From positions 62,872 to 126,871 of the forward strand of contig CAWCJV010000017.1 in NCBI GenBank assembly GCA_963795845.1: DNA of 64,000 nucleotides. Direction: 5' to 3'. How positions within the stretch are numbered: position 1 is the stretch's first letter; each line of letters begins with the position of its first letter. Both the position numbers and the translations under genes were made by a program. The notes beneath the pieces are model-generated. The model was not told the origin of the DNA, did no database searches, and worked only from the letters and a program-made list of their open reading frames with translations. This DNA is from an uncultured Acidobacteriaceae bacterium (GTDB lineage: Bacteria; Acidobacteriota; Terriglobia; Terriglobales; Acidobacteriaceae). Below, one piece after another: positions 1 to 8,890 of this stretch.

Positions 1-211
1 TGCCCTGGGCTGCCTTCATGCAGCTATCCTTGTCCTTCAGGTCCAGCACCAGGTTTTCCACACCGGGCGACGACTGGTACCACTCCGCCAGCGGTTTAAC
101 ATCCACCGCCCGGATGACGTTGGCTCCATTCTCGAGCAAACTTTTCACCAGGTGTCCGCCGATGAACCCGCCGGCGCCGCAAACCACTACTTTGGTGTTT
201 TTCAGCTTCAT
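1..211 (-). CDS. NAD-dependent epimerase/dehydratase family protein, N-terminal part only (gene runs off the left edge)
   Basis: Reverse strand from ATG (209-211) reads MKLKNTKVVVCGAGGFIGGHLVKSLLENGANVIRAVD..., a GxGGFIG Rossmann N-terminus. It is not in the ORF track because the window edge truncates it. Confidence 0.7.
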   Translation of the reverse strand, partial: MKLKNTKVVVCGAGGFIGGHLVKSLLENGANVIRAVDVKPLAEWYQSSPGVENLVLDLKDKDSCMKAAQG

Positions 212-344
212 TTACCAGGCCCCCAAGTGCGTTCTGCGACAGTCTATTTAGATTGTTTACGCCTGGCGCAGTAACGGTTAGTCTCTCACACTCGACCCCT
301 GCGGGTCAGTTCTCTGAACATCATCGGTAACCACGATTGGCCCA

Positions 345-989
345 TCAACAAAGCGCGCCGTGGGCTTCGATGTCCATCGCCCGAAGAAAAGATTCGAGCA
401 GGTCAATTTTCGGCTGCGCCAGTGATTTGGCGCTTTCCAGGTGCAGTTTGCCTGGTAAATCCGCCAGTGCTTTGCGTAAGGCGCCAGCGGCATCCGTGAA
501 GGTGGGATAGCGTGTATCCCGGCCTACTTTGGCCACAACTCGTAGGATGCCGATGGCGCCAAGTTGTTCAAGGATATCTGCGTCGCGCAAGATTGTGCCT
601 TCCACCGAGGTGGGAGAGAGATGTGGTTGATGGGTCCGGATGGCCTCGACGACTCGTGCAACTTTCGTCGCAGGGAAGCCACAGCGGGCGAGTGCTGCGG
701 GGGCCTGGTTCATGGCATAGACCACATTGTCCCAGCTGGAGAGTGCCTCCGGATCTTCAGGGCGATGCCCGATGAACACGCCCAGGTCGTGGAGCCATGC
801 GGCAGCGTAGACCACATCGTCATCGTAGGATATCCCCTGGCCTACCAATTGCGTCAACGCATACAGGCGAGGCTGGTGACCCAGTTTGTCGACGGGCAAT
901 GCCTGGCCGGTCACGTACTCGGCTAACCGTGAACGAAAGTCGTAATCCTCTTGTGTATCGGTTTCTGTTTCGAACGGAGTTGCGTTCAT
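345..989 (-). CDS. HD-domain metal-dependent phosphohydrolase
   Basis: 214-aa ORF with AAWLHDLGVF (the HD dyad) and downstream RTHQ / LRDADILEQLG motifs typical of the HD superfamily. Confidence 0.7.
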   Translation of the reverse strand: MNATPFETETDTQEDYDFRSRLAEYVTGQALPVDKLGHQPRLYALTQLVGQGISYDDDVVYAAAWLHDLGVFIGHRPEDPEALSSWDNVVYAMNQAPAALARCGFPATKVARVVEAIRTHQPHLSPTSVEGTILRDADILEQLGAIGILRVVAKVGRDTRYPTFTDAAGALRKALADLPGKLHLESAKSLAQPKIDLLESFLRAMDIEAHGALC

Positions 990-1116
990 CGCCGGTTGCC
1001 TTTAACTTGTCTGAGCAACCTGCGCGAGGACGGGTCGCATGAATGCTCAGCGCTTACACCGGATTATATTTCCCTCCCTCTGCGAAGGCCTGTGGGAAAG
1101 CACAGGTCCCTGGTAG

Positions 1117-1467
1117 ATGATTTCGACCATTTCGTGTCACACTTTAATACCCATGATCAAACTGGATGCTCATGAACGACTCCGCCGTGCGGCGTCTCTG
1201 TTGGCGCACGAAGGAGCAAACGCGGGTGACCGGACGCTCCTTCTTCAGGCGTGGGAAGTTCTGCGCGGATTGCGCAGCGATGACTTCCCGGCGGAGATGC
1301 GGCCGGCGTTCAACTTTTTGCAACACGAGATCGCGCGTGCGGAATCGGAAGACGTGAGCGCCCGCGACGTGGCATTTCTGACCAACAAGCTTCGCCAATT
1401 GGAATTGATGTGGATTGAGAATTCCGAGAAGAGCGCCTCGCGGGAGACCTCAGACGGCAGCTCTTAG
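1117..1467 (+). CDS. hypothetical protein (small, predicted helical)
   Basis: 116-aa ORF filling the gap between the HD gene and the PPTase. No recognisable motif. An alternative start is MIKLDAHE at 1153. Confidence 0.35.
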   Translation: MISTISCHTLIPMIKLDAHERLRRAASLLAHEGANAGDRTLLLQAWEVLRGLRSDDFPAEMRPAFNFLQHEIARAESEDVSARDVAFLTNKLRQLELMWIENSEKSASRETSDGSS

Positions 1468-1479
1468 CAGGCGGTTTTG

Positions 1480-2217
1480 ATGTCCCGGCTGAGGTGGCCC
1501 ACGTCCGGAGTGCCGGGGACGATCGCTCCCGACGAAATCCATGTGTGGGCCTGGGACCTCGAGCCTGCGGAAGTGGAGTTGGCGGCATACATCGAAATAC
1601 TCGATGTGCAGGAACGGGAGCGGTTGCAACGTTTCTATTTCGCGCTGGACCGTGCCCGCTACGCTGTCGCCCATGCCAACGTGCGTACGATCTTAGGAAG
1701 TTATCTTCACCAGCCAGCGGCCGACGTTCGCTTCCGGGCGAGTGAATTCGGCAAACCCGAGCTGGACCAGAGCGACCCATCCTCTTGGTTGCATTTCAAT
1801 TTGAGTCATAGCCCCAGTATTGCCCTGCTCGCGGTGAGCAACGGACTACCAGTGGGCGTGGATGTGGAAGAGGTAAGGCCCATCGAACCAGAGGTGGCCG
1901 ATAGCAATTTTTCCGCGAACGAGCGTTGGCAATTGAAGGAGCTGGAAGGCGATGCGTGGCTCACCGGCTTCTATCGTTGCTGGACGCGCAAGGAGGCGAT
2001 TCTCAAAGCTGAAGGAGTGGGGCTCTCTCATCCACTCGATAGTTTTGACGTGTCGCTATCGCCCGCGGCGGAATTGCTGGGTACGCGGAAACCCTTCAGC
2101 TACACGTGGAGGCTGCACGATTTGGCGCCGTCCGTGGGCACGATCGGGGCAATGGCCAATGCGCATTCCGATGCCAGGGTGGCGTGCTTCAGTTTTGTGA
2201 ATGACGCTATCTCGTGA
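1480..2217 (+). CDS. 4'-phosphopantetheinyl transferase, Sfp type
   Basis: Motifs FNLSHSPSIALLAV, GVDVEE and FYRCWTRKEAILKAEG ((W/F)xxKE(A/S)xxK) are present. The ATG at 1480 follows a TTG at 1477. Confidence 0.85.
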   Translation: MSRLRWPTSGVPGTIAPDEIHVWAWDLEPAEVELAAYIEILDVQERERLQRFYFALDRARYAVAHANVRTILGSYLHQPAADVRFRASEFGKPELDQSDPSSWLHFNLSHSPSIALLAVSNGLPVGVDVEEVRPIEPEVADSNFSANERWQLKELEGDAWLTGFYRCWTRKEAILKAEGVGLSHPLDSFDVSLSPAAELLGTRKPFSYTWRLHDLAPSVGTIGAMANAHSDARVACFSFVNDAIS

Positions 2218-4799
2218 GCGAGCACCGGGGCCACGGCGCCGCTTGCGGAGCCGGGCTTGTTTCGCACCAGCCTCTGGCTGATTTCCCGGGCAAGTGCCGT
2301 TACCTGTGGCCGAGCCAGGATAGTCTGATGATTTCCCGGAATCATTTGCGTTTCACACTCACCGAGAATCCTGGCCGACCATGCTCGCTCGAGCTCGGGA
2401 TCGAGGCGGGGCTCATCCTGGGCGAGGAAGAGGGTTGCATCGCCGGGGTAGGGCTCCAGTTGATAGTCGCGTATGGCGAGCAGGAGAAACCCTTCTTTGC
2501 CCAGCAGTGAACTCCTTAATGAACCAGGGAACCAAGTGCGGCCTATTTTGAAACGGCGTGATCGTTCCGCGAGCCAGCTTCTGATTTTTATCTTGTGGTG
2601 CATCCACCTGCGGGTAACAAAATCACGCAGTTTGAAGCCAGCCAGCAAGCGGCGCAAGGAAGTCTTGAAGGTGAGCCAATCTCTGAAAGGCCGATGGGGG
2701 ACCTTCCCGATATTCGGGTCGCAATCCAGGAGGGCCAACAGGTTAACGATTCTGCCCTGCTCCATGATCTGGCGGGCCATTTCGAAAACGACCAGGCCGC
2801 CGGAGGAATGCCCGGCAAGATTGTAGGAGCCGAGGGGCTGAATGGCCTGGACCTGCTTCACAAAGTTGGCGGCAAGTATTTTCAAGTCCGCTTGATGCTC
2901 GTCGATAAATGCGGGGAGTTGCAGACCGTAGACAGGCTGCTCCGGACCCAGAGCGCTGGCCAGATCGACAAAGCTCAACAGACTCCCTCCGAGCCCATGG
3001 GCAATGAACAAGGGCGGAAGAAACCCGCGGCCCTGGATGGTGACAAGCTCAGGCCACTTGCCTGCGGGGCAGTGACGGAGCCAGGCTGCCAATCCCTGAA
3101 TAGTCGGGTGTTCCACCAGCACCGAATGGGGAAGCTTTGCCCCGAAGCACTGCTCAACCTGAACCAACATGCGAGCAGCCAGCAAGGAGTGACCACCGAG
3201 GGCGAAGAAATTCTGATCGAGCCCTACGGTGTTGAGCTTGAGGAGTTCCTGCCAGATGTTCTTGAGCTTCGCCTCGACGGGGTCCGACGAGGAGGGTTCT
3301 GGTACGGGACGAAGGCATGCGGCATTGAGACGCATGGCGTCCAAAGCCTGAACGTCTACCTTGCCACTTGGGGTTGTGGGGAAAGAGAGTAACGGGACGA
3401 ACTCGGCCGGGACCATGTAATGGGGCAGCCCGCGGTGCAGTGACTGCTTCCATTGGTCGAGGTGGGATTCATCGCCGACTACGAACGCGATCAGGCGCCG
3501 ATCGCCCTCTTCCAGGTCGACGGCCCGCACCACCACGGCCTGCACACCCTGGCATCGCCTGAGTGCGGATTCGACTTCACCCAGTTCGATGCGAAATCCG
3601 CGTACTTTGACTTGATCGTCATTGCGGCCGAGGAAGTGGTAACGGCCGTCGGCGAGTTCGATGGCCAGATCTCCGCTGCGGAAGAGCCTGCCGGCGGAGA
3701 AGGGATCGGGAAGGAAGCGAGCCTGGTTAAGATCGGGCCGGTGGAGATAGCCGGGAGCCACACCCACGCCACCAATGTAGATTTCGCCCATTGAACCCTG
3801 GTCGACCGGCTGAAGATGATGATCGAGAAGGTGGATGCTTACATTCGGCAGGGGGTGGCCGATAGTGATCTGATCGGCATCAGCTTCGATTTTTTCCCTG
3901 GTGGCGCAGATCGCGGTTTCGCTTGGCCCATATTGATTCCAGACGGTGCGGCACATTGCGGCTAAACGCTTTCCGAGATTCAGGGGCAGGACCTCGCCGC
4001 CAACGACGACCTGCATCCTGGGATCGCCCTGCCACCCTGCTTCGAGCAGGAGCCGGTACATGGTGGGTGTGCCCATCATCACAGTCGCAGAAGACGCGCG
4101 AACGTGATGCAGCCTTTGCCCGGCATCTCCGGCGATGTCCTTCTCGACCAGGTAGATGCTCGCGCCGAAGGCAAGAGGTAGAAGAAGTTCGAGAAAGGCC
4201 ACATCAAACGAAATGGTTGAGCCGGCGAACACGATGTCCAAGGACTGCAACTTCAAATCCTCGGCAACGGCCAGCACTGTATTAGCGAGGCCTCCGTGGG
4301 TTATGGCGACACCTTTTGGTTTGCCGGTCGAACCGGAAGTATAGATCACATAGGCCAGGCGATTGTCAGCAACTGTGGCCGTTTCATTATGGGACAGGTT
4401 AGTCCGCCGGGCGCGGAGGTCATCCACGTCTAACAGTTGTGGATTGGCTACCCCGCGGGTGGAAGCCAGGGCATAGTATTTCTTGCGGGTGAGCACAAAT
4501 GGAGGCGAGGCGTCCTCCAGCAAAAAGGCGATGTGGTTTACAGGGGCCGATGGATCGAGTGGAAGATAGGTAGCACCGGCCTTCCAAATGCCCAGCAGTG
4601 CTGCAATCAGTTCGGGGGACCGATCGAGAAGCACGCCGACCAGGCATCCGGTCCGTACGCCGGCTGCCCGCAATCCGGCGGCGATTTGTTCGGCTCTCTG
4701 GTTCAGCGCGCGGTAAGTGAGCCGCTGCGTTTGCGAGGTGATCGCCAGGGCATCCGGGGAGGCGGACGCGTTTTGCTCGAATAAGTCCGGGACGAACAT
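2100..4799 (-). CDS. single-module NRPS-like enzyme: adenylation - carrier (PCP) - thioesterase, no condensation domain
   Basis: A-domain cores are LAYVIYTSGSTGKPKGV, YGPSE, GELYIGG-like GEIYIGGVGVAPGY and VKVRGFRIELGE. The PCP motif is FFALGGHSLLAARM and the TE motif is LAGHSSGG. The ATG at 4799 (MFVPDLFEQ) has a GGTGGAG SD. The longest ORF reaches 4841. Confidence 0.9.
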   Translation of the reverse strand: MFVPDLFEQNASASPDALAITSQTQRLTYRALNQRAEQIAAGLRAAGVRTGCLVGVLLDRSPELIAALLGIWKAGATYLPLDPSAPVNHIAFLLEDASPPFVLTRKKYYALASTRGVANPQLLDVDDLRARRTNLSHNETATVADNRLAYVIYTSGSTGKPKGVAITHGGLANTVLAVAEDLKLQSLDIVFAGSTISFDVAFLELLLPLAFGASIYLVEKDIAGDAGQRLHHVRASSATVMMGTPTMYRLLLEAGWQGDPRMQVVVGGEVLPLNLGKRLAAMCRTVWNQYGPSETAICATREKIEADADQITIGHPLPNVSIHLLDHHLQPVDQGSMGEIYIGGVGVAPGYLHRPDLNQARFLPDPFSAGRLFRSGDLAIELADGRYHFLGRNDDQVKVRGFRIELGEVESALRRCQGVQAVVVRAVDLEEGDRRLIAFVVGDESHLDQWKQSLHRGLPHYMVPAEFVPLLSFPTTPSGKVDVQALDAMRLNAACLRPVPEPSSSDPVEAKLKNIWQELLKLNTVGLDQNFFALGGHSLLAARMLVQVEQCFGAKLPHSVLVEHPTIQGLAAWLRHCPAGKWPELVTIQGRGFLPPLFIAHGLGGSLLSFVDLASALGPEQPVYGLQLPAFIDEHQADLKILAANFVKQVQAIQPLGSYNLAGHSSGGLVVFEMARQIMEQGRIVNLLALLDCDPNIGKVPHRPFRDWLTFKTSLRRLLAGFKLRDFVTRRWMHHKIKIRSWLAERSRRFKIGRTWFPGSLRSSLLGKEGFLLLAIRDYQLEPYPGDATLFLAQDEPRLDPELERAWSARILGECETQMIPGNHQTILARPQVTALAREISQRLVRNKPGSASGAVAPVLAHEIASFTKLKHATLASECALAIAPIVPTDGAKSCSLHV

Positions 4800-4931
4800 T
4801 AACCGCTCCACCCACTCCGAACTCGCGGAGACATACAACATGTATCGGCGCTTTTCGGGGGAGGAGCGCCTGCATCAGATTAGACCCGAATGATACCTCT
4901 TAATGTCATTAGTTTGTCACTCCTGTCTTCC

Positions 4932-7418
4932 CTATTTAGTGTCTTCACGCAGGGCAAGGCTGATGAGCGTTTTCTGCTCGAGATCATGCGCCTTGGCCGA
5001 GCCGGTTGCGGGGCTCGCGGCGGCGGAGCGCTTGATGCTGAGCACCTTTCGATCAGGAAAGAGGCGACGCAGGCGGGGCACAACAAACGACAGCGCGCCC
5101 ATGTTATCCGGTTCTTCCTGCACCCAAACCACTTCGCGCGCCTCGGGGTGACGGCCGACTTCTGCGGTCAATTCCGCTTCCGGCCAGGGATAGAGCTGTT
5201 CCAGAAAAACGATGCCGGTAGTACTGTCCTTGCGCTTGGCTCGCTCAATGCGCAGCTCGTGACCAATTTTTCCGGTACAGAGCAGCAGACGATTGACCTT
5301 CGGTATCCCGGTTTCGGGAAGAACATTCTGGAAGCGCGGGAACTCGAAGGCCGCCACCGGGGAGTTGGCATCGGGATTACGCAGCATGCTTTTTGGGGTG
5401 AAGACGATCAACGGCTTGCGCCACTTGCGCATGGCCTGGCGGCGGAGCAGATGAAAATACTGGGCCGCGGTGGAGGGCTGGCAGATTTGAATATTGTCGT
5501 GGGCCGCCAGTTGCAGGTAGCGTTCCAGGCGGGCGCTGGAGTGCTCCGGCCCCTGGCCTTCATAGCCATGGGGTAGCAGCATAACGACTCCGCTGAGCAG
5601 TCCCCATTTGTCTTCGCCCGAAGCGATGAACTGGTCAATGATGATTTGCGCGCCGTTGGCAAAGTCGCCGAACTGCGCCTCCCACAAGGTAAGGGACTCG
5701 GGATAATCACGGCTGTAGCCATACTCGAAACCGAGGACACCGGCTTCCGAGAGGATGGAGTTGTAGACCTCAAAACGTGCCTGGTTCGGCGACAAATTGG
5801 CCAACGAGAAGTAGAGCTGCTCGTTCTCGATATCCACCAGCACGCTGTGACGCTGGTTGAAGGTGCCGCGCTGGCTATCCTGACCGCTGAGCCGCACGGG
5901 TGTGCCTTGCAGCACGAGCGACCCAAAGGCGAGCGCCTCGGCCATGCCGTAATCAAATGGCCGATCGCCGCGGCCCATCTCGCGGCGCTGCTCGAGCAGC
6001 TTCTTGATCTTGGGATGGATATGAAAATCGCTCGGGTACTGAGTGAGACTGTCGCTGATTTCTTTTATTGATGCCGCGCTGATTCCGGTGTCGACTTCAT
6101 ATTCGGGCTTGTAGGGCCCCCCGATGTAGTTGGACCAGTAGCCGGGAAGCTTGGCCAGGGAGGCGCTCTTCTTCATCTGAGCGGCTTGTTTCTGCGCGTC
6201 TGCGAGCTGCGCCTGCAGTTCCTTGACGCGAGCGGAGGGATCCGCGCCGATTTGCTGAGCGTAGAGTTCGTACAACGCGGGGTGGTTTTTGATTTTGGCG
6301 TAGCGCAGCGGTTGGGTGATGGTGGGGTCGTCTACTTCGCTGTGGCCGTGGCGGCGGTAACCAATCAGGTCGATGATGACATCGGTGTGGAAGGTGTAGC
6401 GGTATTCCACGGCGAGGGAGGCGACACGCATAGCAGCGTCTGGATCCTCGGCATTGACGTGGAAGATGGGGATGGGCAGGCGCTTGCCGATGTCGGAGGA
6501 GAAGCGTGACGAATAGCACTCGTCGGGATCGGCGGTAAAGCCGATGAGGTTGTTGACGATGATCTGGATGGTGCCCCCCACAGTGAAGCCCGGGATGGTG
6601 CCCAGGTTGAGGGTTTCTGCCCAGATGCCCTGGCCGGCAAAGGCTGCGTCGCCATGGATGAGGATGGGTAAGACTTTGGCCTGGCCGGTGTCTCCCAGGC
6701 GTACTTGCTGGGCGCGGGCGCGACCCATGGCGACAGGGTCCACGGCTTCCAGGTGACTGGGATTCGATACCAGGTGAAGGCCGATTTGTCCGCCGGTTCG
6801 GGTGTTGAATTGACCGGTGGCGCCGACGTGATATTTCACGTCGCCTCCGCCGAGAATGCTGCGTGGGTTGGCGTCTTCGAACTTGGAAAAGATGTCGGCG
6901 GGCGATTTGCCGAAGGTGTTTGCCATCACGTTCAAGCGTCCGCGATGGCTCATTCCCATGACGGCTTTTTCGGCGCCGAAATCGGCGGCGTGGTTGAGGA
7001 CTTCGTCGAGGAAAGGGATGAGTACGGTGACCCCTTCGAGCGAGAAGCGCTTGGTGCCGAGATACCGCGACTGGATTACCTGCTCGAAGAGGTCGGCCTG
7101 GGTGAGGCGTTCGAGCACGTGCTTTTGGTCGGGCACCGGCGCCGATTGTTCCATGCGCTCCTGGATCCATTCCCGCTTGGCGGCGTCGGGGATGTGCATG
7201 AACTCTACGGCGATGCTGCCGCAGTAGTAGGCCTGGGCTTCTTCGGCGTCCTCGCCCTTGAAATTCAATTCGGGTATGGGCTCGGGAAGGAGGTATTGCC
7301 CGAGGGGGTCTAATTTGGCCTGCAGGTGACCCCAGCGGCGAAAGGCATCGAAGATGTAATCGCGCTGTGAAATCAATAGGTTGGCGGGATGTTCCAAGGA
7401 AAGATTTTTGGTGACCAT
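4932..7418 (-). CDS. sucA: 2-oxoglutarate dehydrogenase E1 component
   Basis: 828-aa ORF with a ThDP-binding GDAAFAGQG motif, HGHSEVDDP, LLPHGYEGQGPEHSSARLERYLQL and a C-terminal transketolase-like region. Confidence 0.9.
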   Translation of the reverse strand: MVTKNLSLEHPANLLISQRDYIFDAFRRWGHLQAKLDPLGQYLLPEPIPELNFKGEDAEEAQAYYCGSIAVEFMHIPDAAKREWIQERMEQSAPVPDQKHVLERLTQADLFEQVIQSRYLGTKRFSLEGVTVLIPFLDEVLNHAADFGAEKAVMGMSHRGRLNVMANTFGKSPADIFSKFEDANPRSILGGGDVKYHVGATGQFNTRTGGQIGLHLVSNPSHLEAVDPVAMGRARAQQVRLGDTGQAKVLPILIHGDAAFAGQGIWAETLNLGTIPGFTVGGTIQIIVNNLIGFTADPDECYSSRFSSDIGKRLPIPIFHVNAEDPDAAMRVASLAVEYRYTFHTDVIIDLIGYRRHGHSEVDDPTITQPLRYAKIKNHPALYELYAQQIGADPSARVKELQAQLADAQKQAAQMKKSASLAKLPGYWSNYIGGPYKPEYEVDTGISAASIKEISDSLTQYPSDFHIHPKIKKLLEQRREMGRGDRPFDYGMAEALAFGSLVLQGTPVRLSGQDSQRGTFNQRHSVLVDIENEQLYFSLANLSPNQARFEVYNSILSEAGVLGFEYGYSRDYPESLTLWEAQFGDFANGAQIIIDQFIASGEDKWGLLSGVVMLLPHGYEGQGPEHSSARLERYLQLAAHDNIQICQPSTAAQYFHLLRRQAMRKWRKPLIVFTPKSMLRNPDANSPVAAFEFPRFQNVLPETGIPKVNRLLLCTGKIGHELRIERAKRKDSTTGIVFLEQLYPWPEAELTAEVGRHPEAREVVWVQEEPDNMGALSFVVPRLRRLFPDRKVLSIKRSAAASPATGSAKAHDLEQKTLISLALREDTK

Positions 7419-7484
7419 GGCTTGTGTCTAGGGTTCATTATAACTTCCGGTGGGGAGGGTGGGGTTGGTTGGAAGCGCGCGGAT

Positions 7485-7709
7485 CTCGCTTCGGTGCGAC
7501 CGGGATGACAAGGGCGAGGACTTGTCGCTGGTGTAGGGTTTTGCGATGGGGATAGAAGTTCTATCTTGTTTGTGTCCCTGTGGTTCCGTCACGAGTGTCC
7601 ATGAGGTATGGGTTGCGGGGATCCCAGGTCTCAAAAGCGAGACCTGGGGCACCCTTAGCGTTTTTCGTTTGATTCTGGTTGGAGTGGAGAGCGCACCGCC
7701 GGTCCCTCC
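7485..7709. repeat. ~225-bp intergenic repeat, copy 1 (near-identical to 17288-17511)
   Basis: By-eye alignment with 17288-17511 shows only scattered mismatches. It contains a cgggatgacaag box and the hairpin cccaggtctc-aaaagc-gagacctggg followed by gcaccc (7623-7654). Confidence 0.85.
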
Positions 7710-7736
7710 GCTTCGCTCCGGGAGGAGACTCGCCGT

Positions 7737-8870
7737 TTACTCCTGGAGGACGGCTTTGGTCAGGTTTCTTGGGTGGTCTACGTCGATTCCGTTTTGGATC
7801 GCGAGTTGGTAGGCGAGGAGTTGCAGGGGCACTACCTCCAGCATCGTGGCTAACATGTCTTCGGTTTTGGGGACTTCGATGCAGTGGTTGGCCAGCGCTG
7901 CAGCTTCTTCGTCTCCTTCGGTCGCAATTGCCAGGATGGTTGCTCCCTGTGCGCGCATGTCCTTCATGAGCTGGAGCACTTTGCGGTAACGGAGCATGGC
8001 GTCGGGATCGGAGGGGTCTTGGGTGGCGAGCACGACCAGGGGCGCGTCGGGGCTTACCAGGGCGTTCGGACCGTGCTTCAATTCACCGGCCGGATAGCCT
8101 TCTGCCTGAAGATAGGCCGATTCCTTCAGCTTGAGCGCTCCTTCACGGGCAATGGCGTAGTGGACGCCGCGGCCCAGATAAAGAAAGGCGCGGGAACCCT
8201 TCAAGGACGGCGCGAGGCGGGCGATCTGGTCCCGCCACTTTTCCAACGCAGGCTCAAGCAGACTGGGCAACAGGCGCAGGTCTTCGGTGTGACTTTCGAC
8301 GGTGGGCGTGGTCATTCGTCCGCGGATGCGGGCCAGGTAAAGTGCGAGCGAGTAGAGTACGGCGAGCTGGGTGGTAAAGCTTTTGGTCGCGGGGATCGCC
8401 TTCTCCGGTCCGGCACAGGTAGGCAAGGATGCATCCGCTTCCGTAGCCATGCTGGAGCGAGGATTGTTGGTGATGGCCAAGGTGGGCAGGCCGCGCGATT
8501 TCGCTTCGCGCAAGCCAGCCAAAGTGTCGGCAGTCTCGCCGGATTGGGAGATAACGAGCACGCCAGGGTCCTGAATGGTGTGGGTCGAGCGGTAGACGTA
8601 CTCGCTGGCATACTCGACGTCGACCATCAAACCGGCCAGGTCTTCCAGCATGATTTCAGCGGCAAGGCCGGCATGGCGGCTGGAGCCGCTGGCGGCGATC
8701 ACCAAGCGCGATCTGGAGCCCAACGCATCGGCTACAGGTTGGAAGACATCCATCGCCAGCTTGCCATTGGGGGCATAGCGCTCGATGGTGTCGGCGAGCG
8801 CCTTCGGCTGCTCAAAAATCTCGCGCAGCATCTCATGCTCGAAAACGGTGGCTGTGGTCATTATGGCCAA
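7737..8870 (-). CDS. SIS-domain sugar isomerase/deaminase (GlmS C-terminal-like; NagB-II/AgaS-type)
   Basis: 377 aa with two SIS repeats (VIAASGSSRHAG..., VLVISQSGETADT), a GlmS-like C-terminus (HPRNLTKAVLQE) and no glutaminase domain. It lies divergent to a GH20 hexosaminidase. Confidence 0.75.
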   Translation of the reverse strand: MAIMTTATVFEHEMLREIFEQPKALADTIERYAPNGKLAMDVFQPVADALGSRSRLVIAASGSSRHAGLAAEIMLEDLAGLMVDVEYASEYVYRSTHTIQDPGVLVISQSGETADTLAGLREAKSRGLPTLAITNNPRSSMATEADASLPTCAGPEKAIPATKSFTTQLAVLYSLALYLARIRGRMTTPTVESHTEDLRLLPSLLEPALEKWRDQIARLAPSLKGSRAFLYLGRGVHYAIAREGALKLKESAYLQAEGYPAGELKHGPNALVSPDAPLVVLATQDPSDPDAMLRYRKVLQLMKDMRAQGATILAIATEGDEEAAALANHCIEVPKTEDMLATMLEVVPLQLLAYQLAIQNGIDVDHPRNLTKAVLQE

Positions 8871-8890
8871 TCGTATACCAGATAGAATCG

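Noticed and set aside
6097-7170. 357-aa ORF (Arg/Pro/His-rich) inside the sucA region, plus other long alternative-frame ORFs: 5408-5956, 6705-7313, 16203-17171, 16384-17001 and 36233-36925.
   Set aside because: They lie wholly within strongly supported genes in other frames. Their low-complexity R/P/G-rich translations are typical of off-frame reading of GC-rich coding DNA, and they carry no motifs.
7546-7812. ORFs beginning MGIEVLSCLCPCG... occur at both 7546 and 17348, so they could be a duplicated small protein gene.
   Set aside because: The identity extends equally through flanking non-ORF sequence, and the ORFs diverge exactly where the DNA repeat ends. This is best explained as a non-coding repeat that happens to be open.
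7884-8885. 333-aa plus-strand ORF antisense to the SIS gene. Similar long antisense ORFs occur at 14688-15797, 9230-9979, 39437-40324, 41626-42366, 45508-46347, 46952-47839, 47909-48652, 22932-23624 and 34403-35296.
   Set aside because: In each case the opposite strand encodes a protein with clear family motifs. These mirror ORFs have no recognisable domains and a skewed composition, which is a GC-rich antisense artefact.
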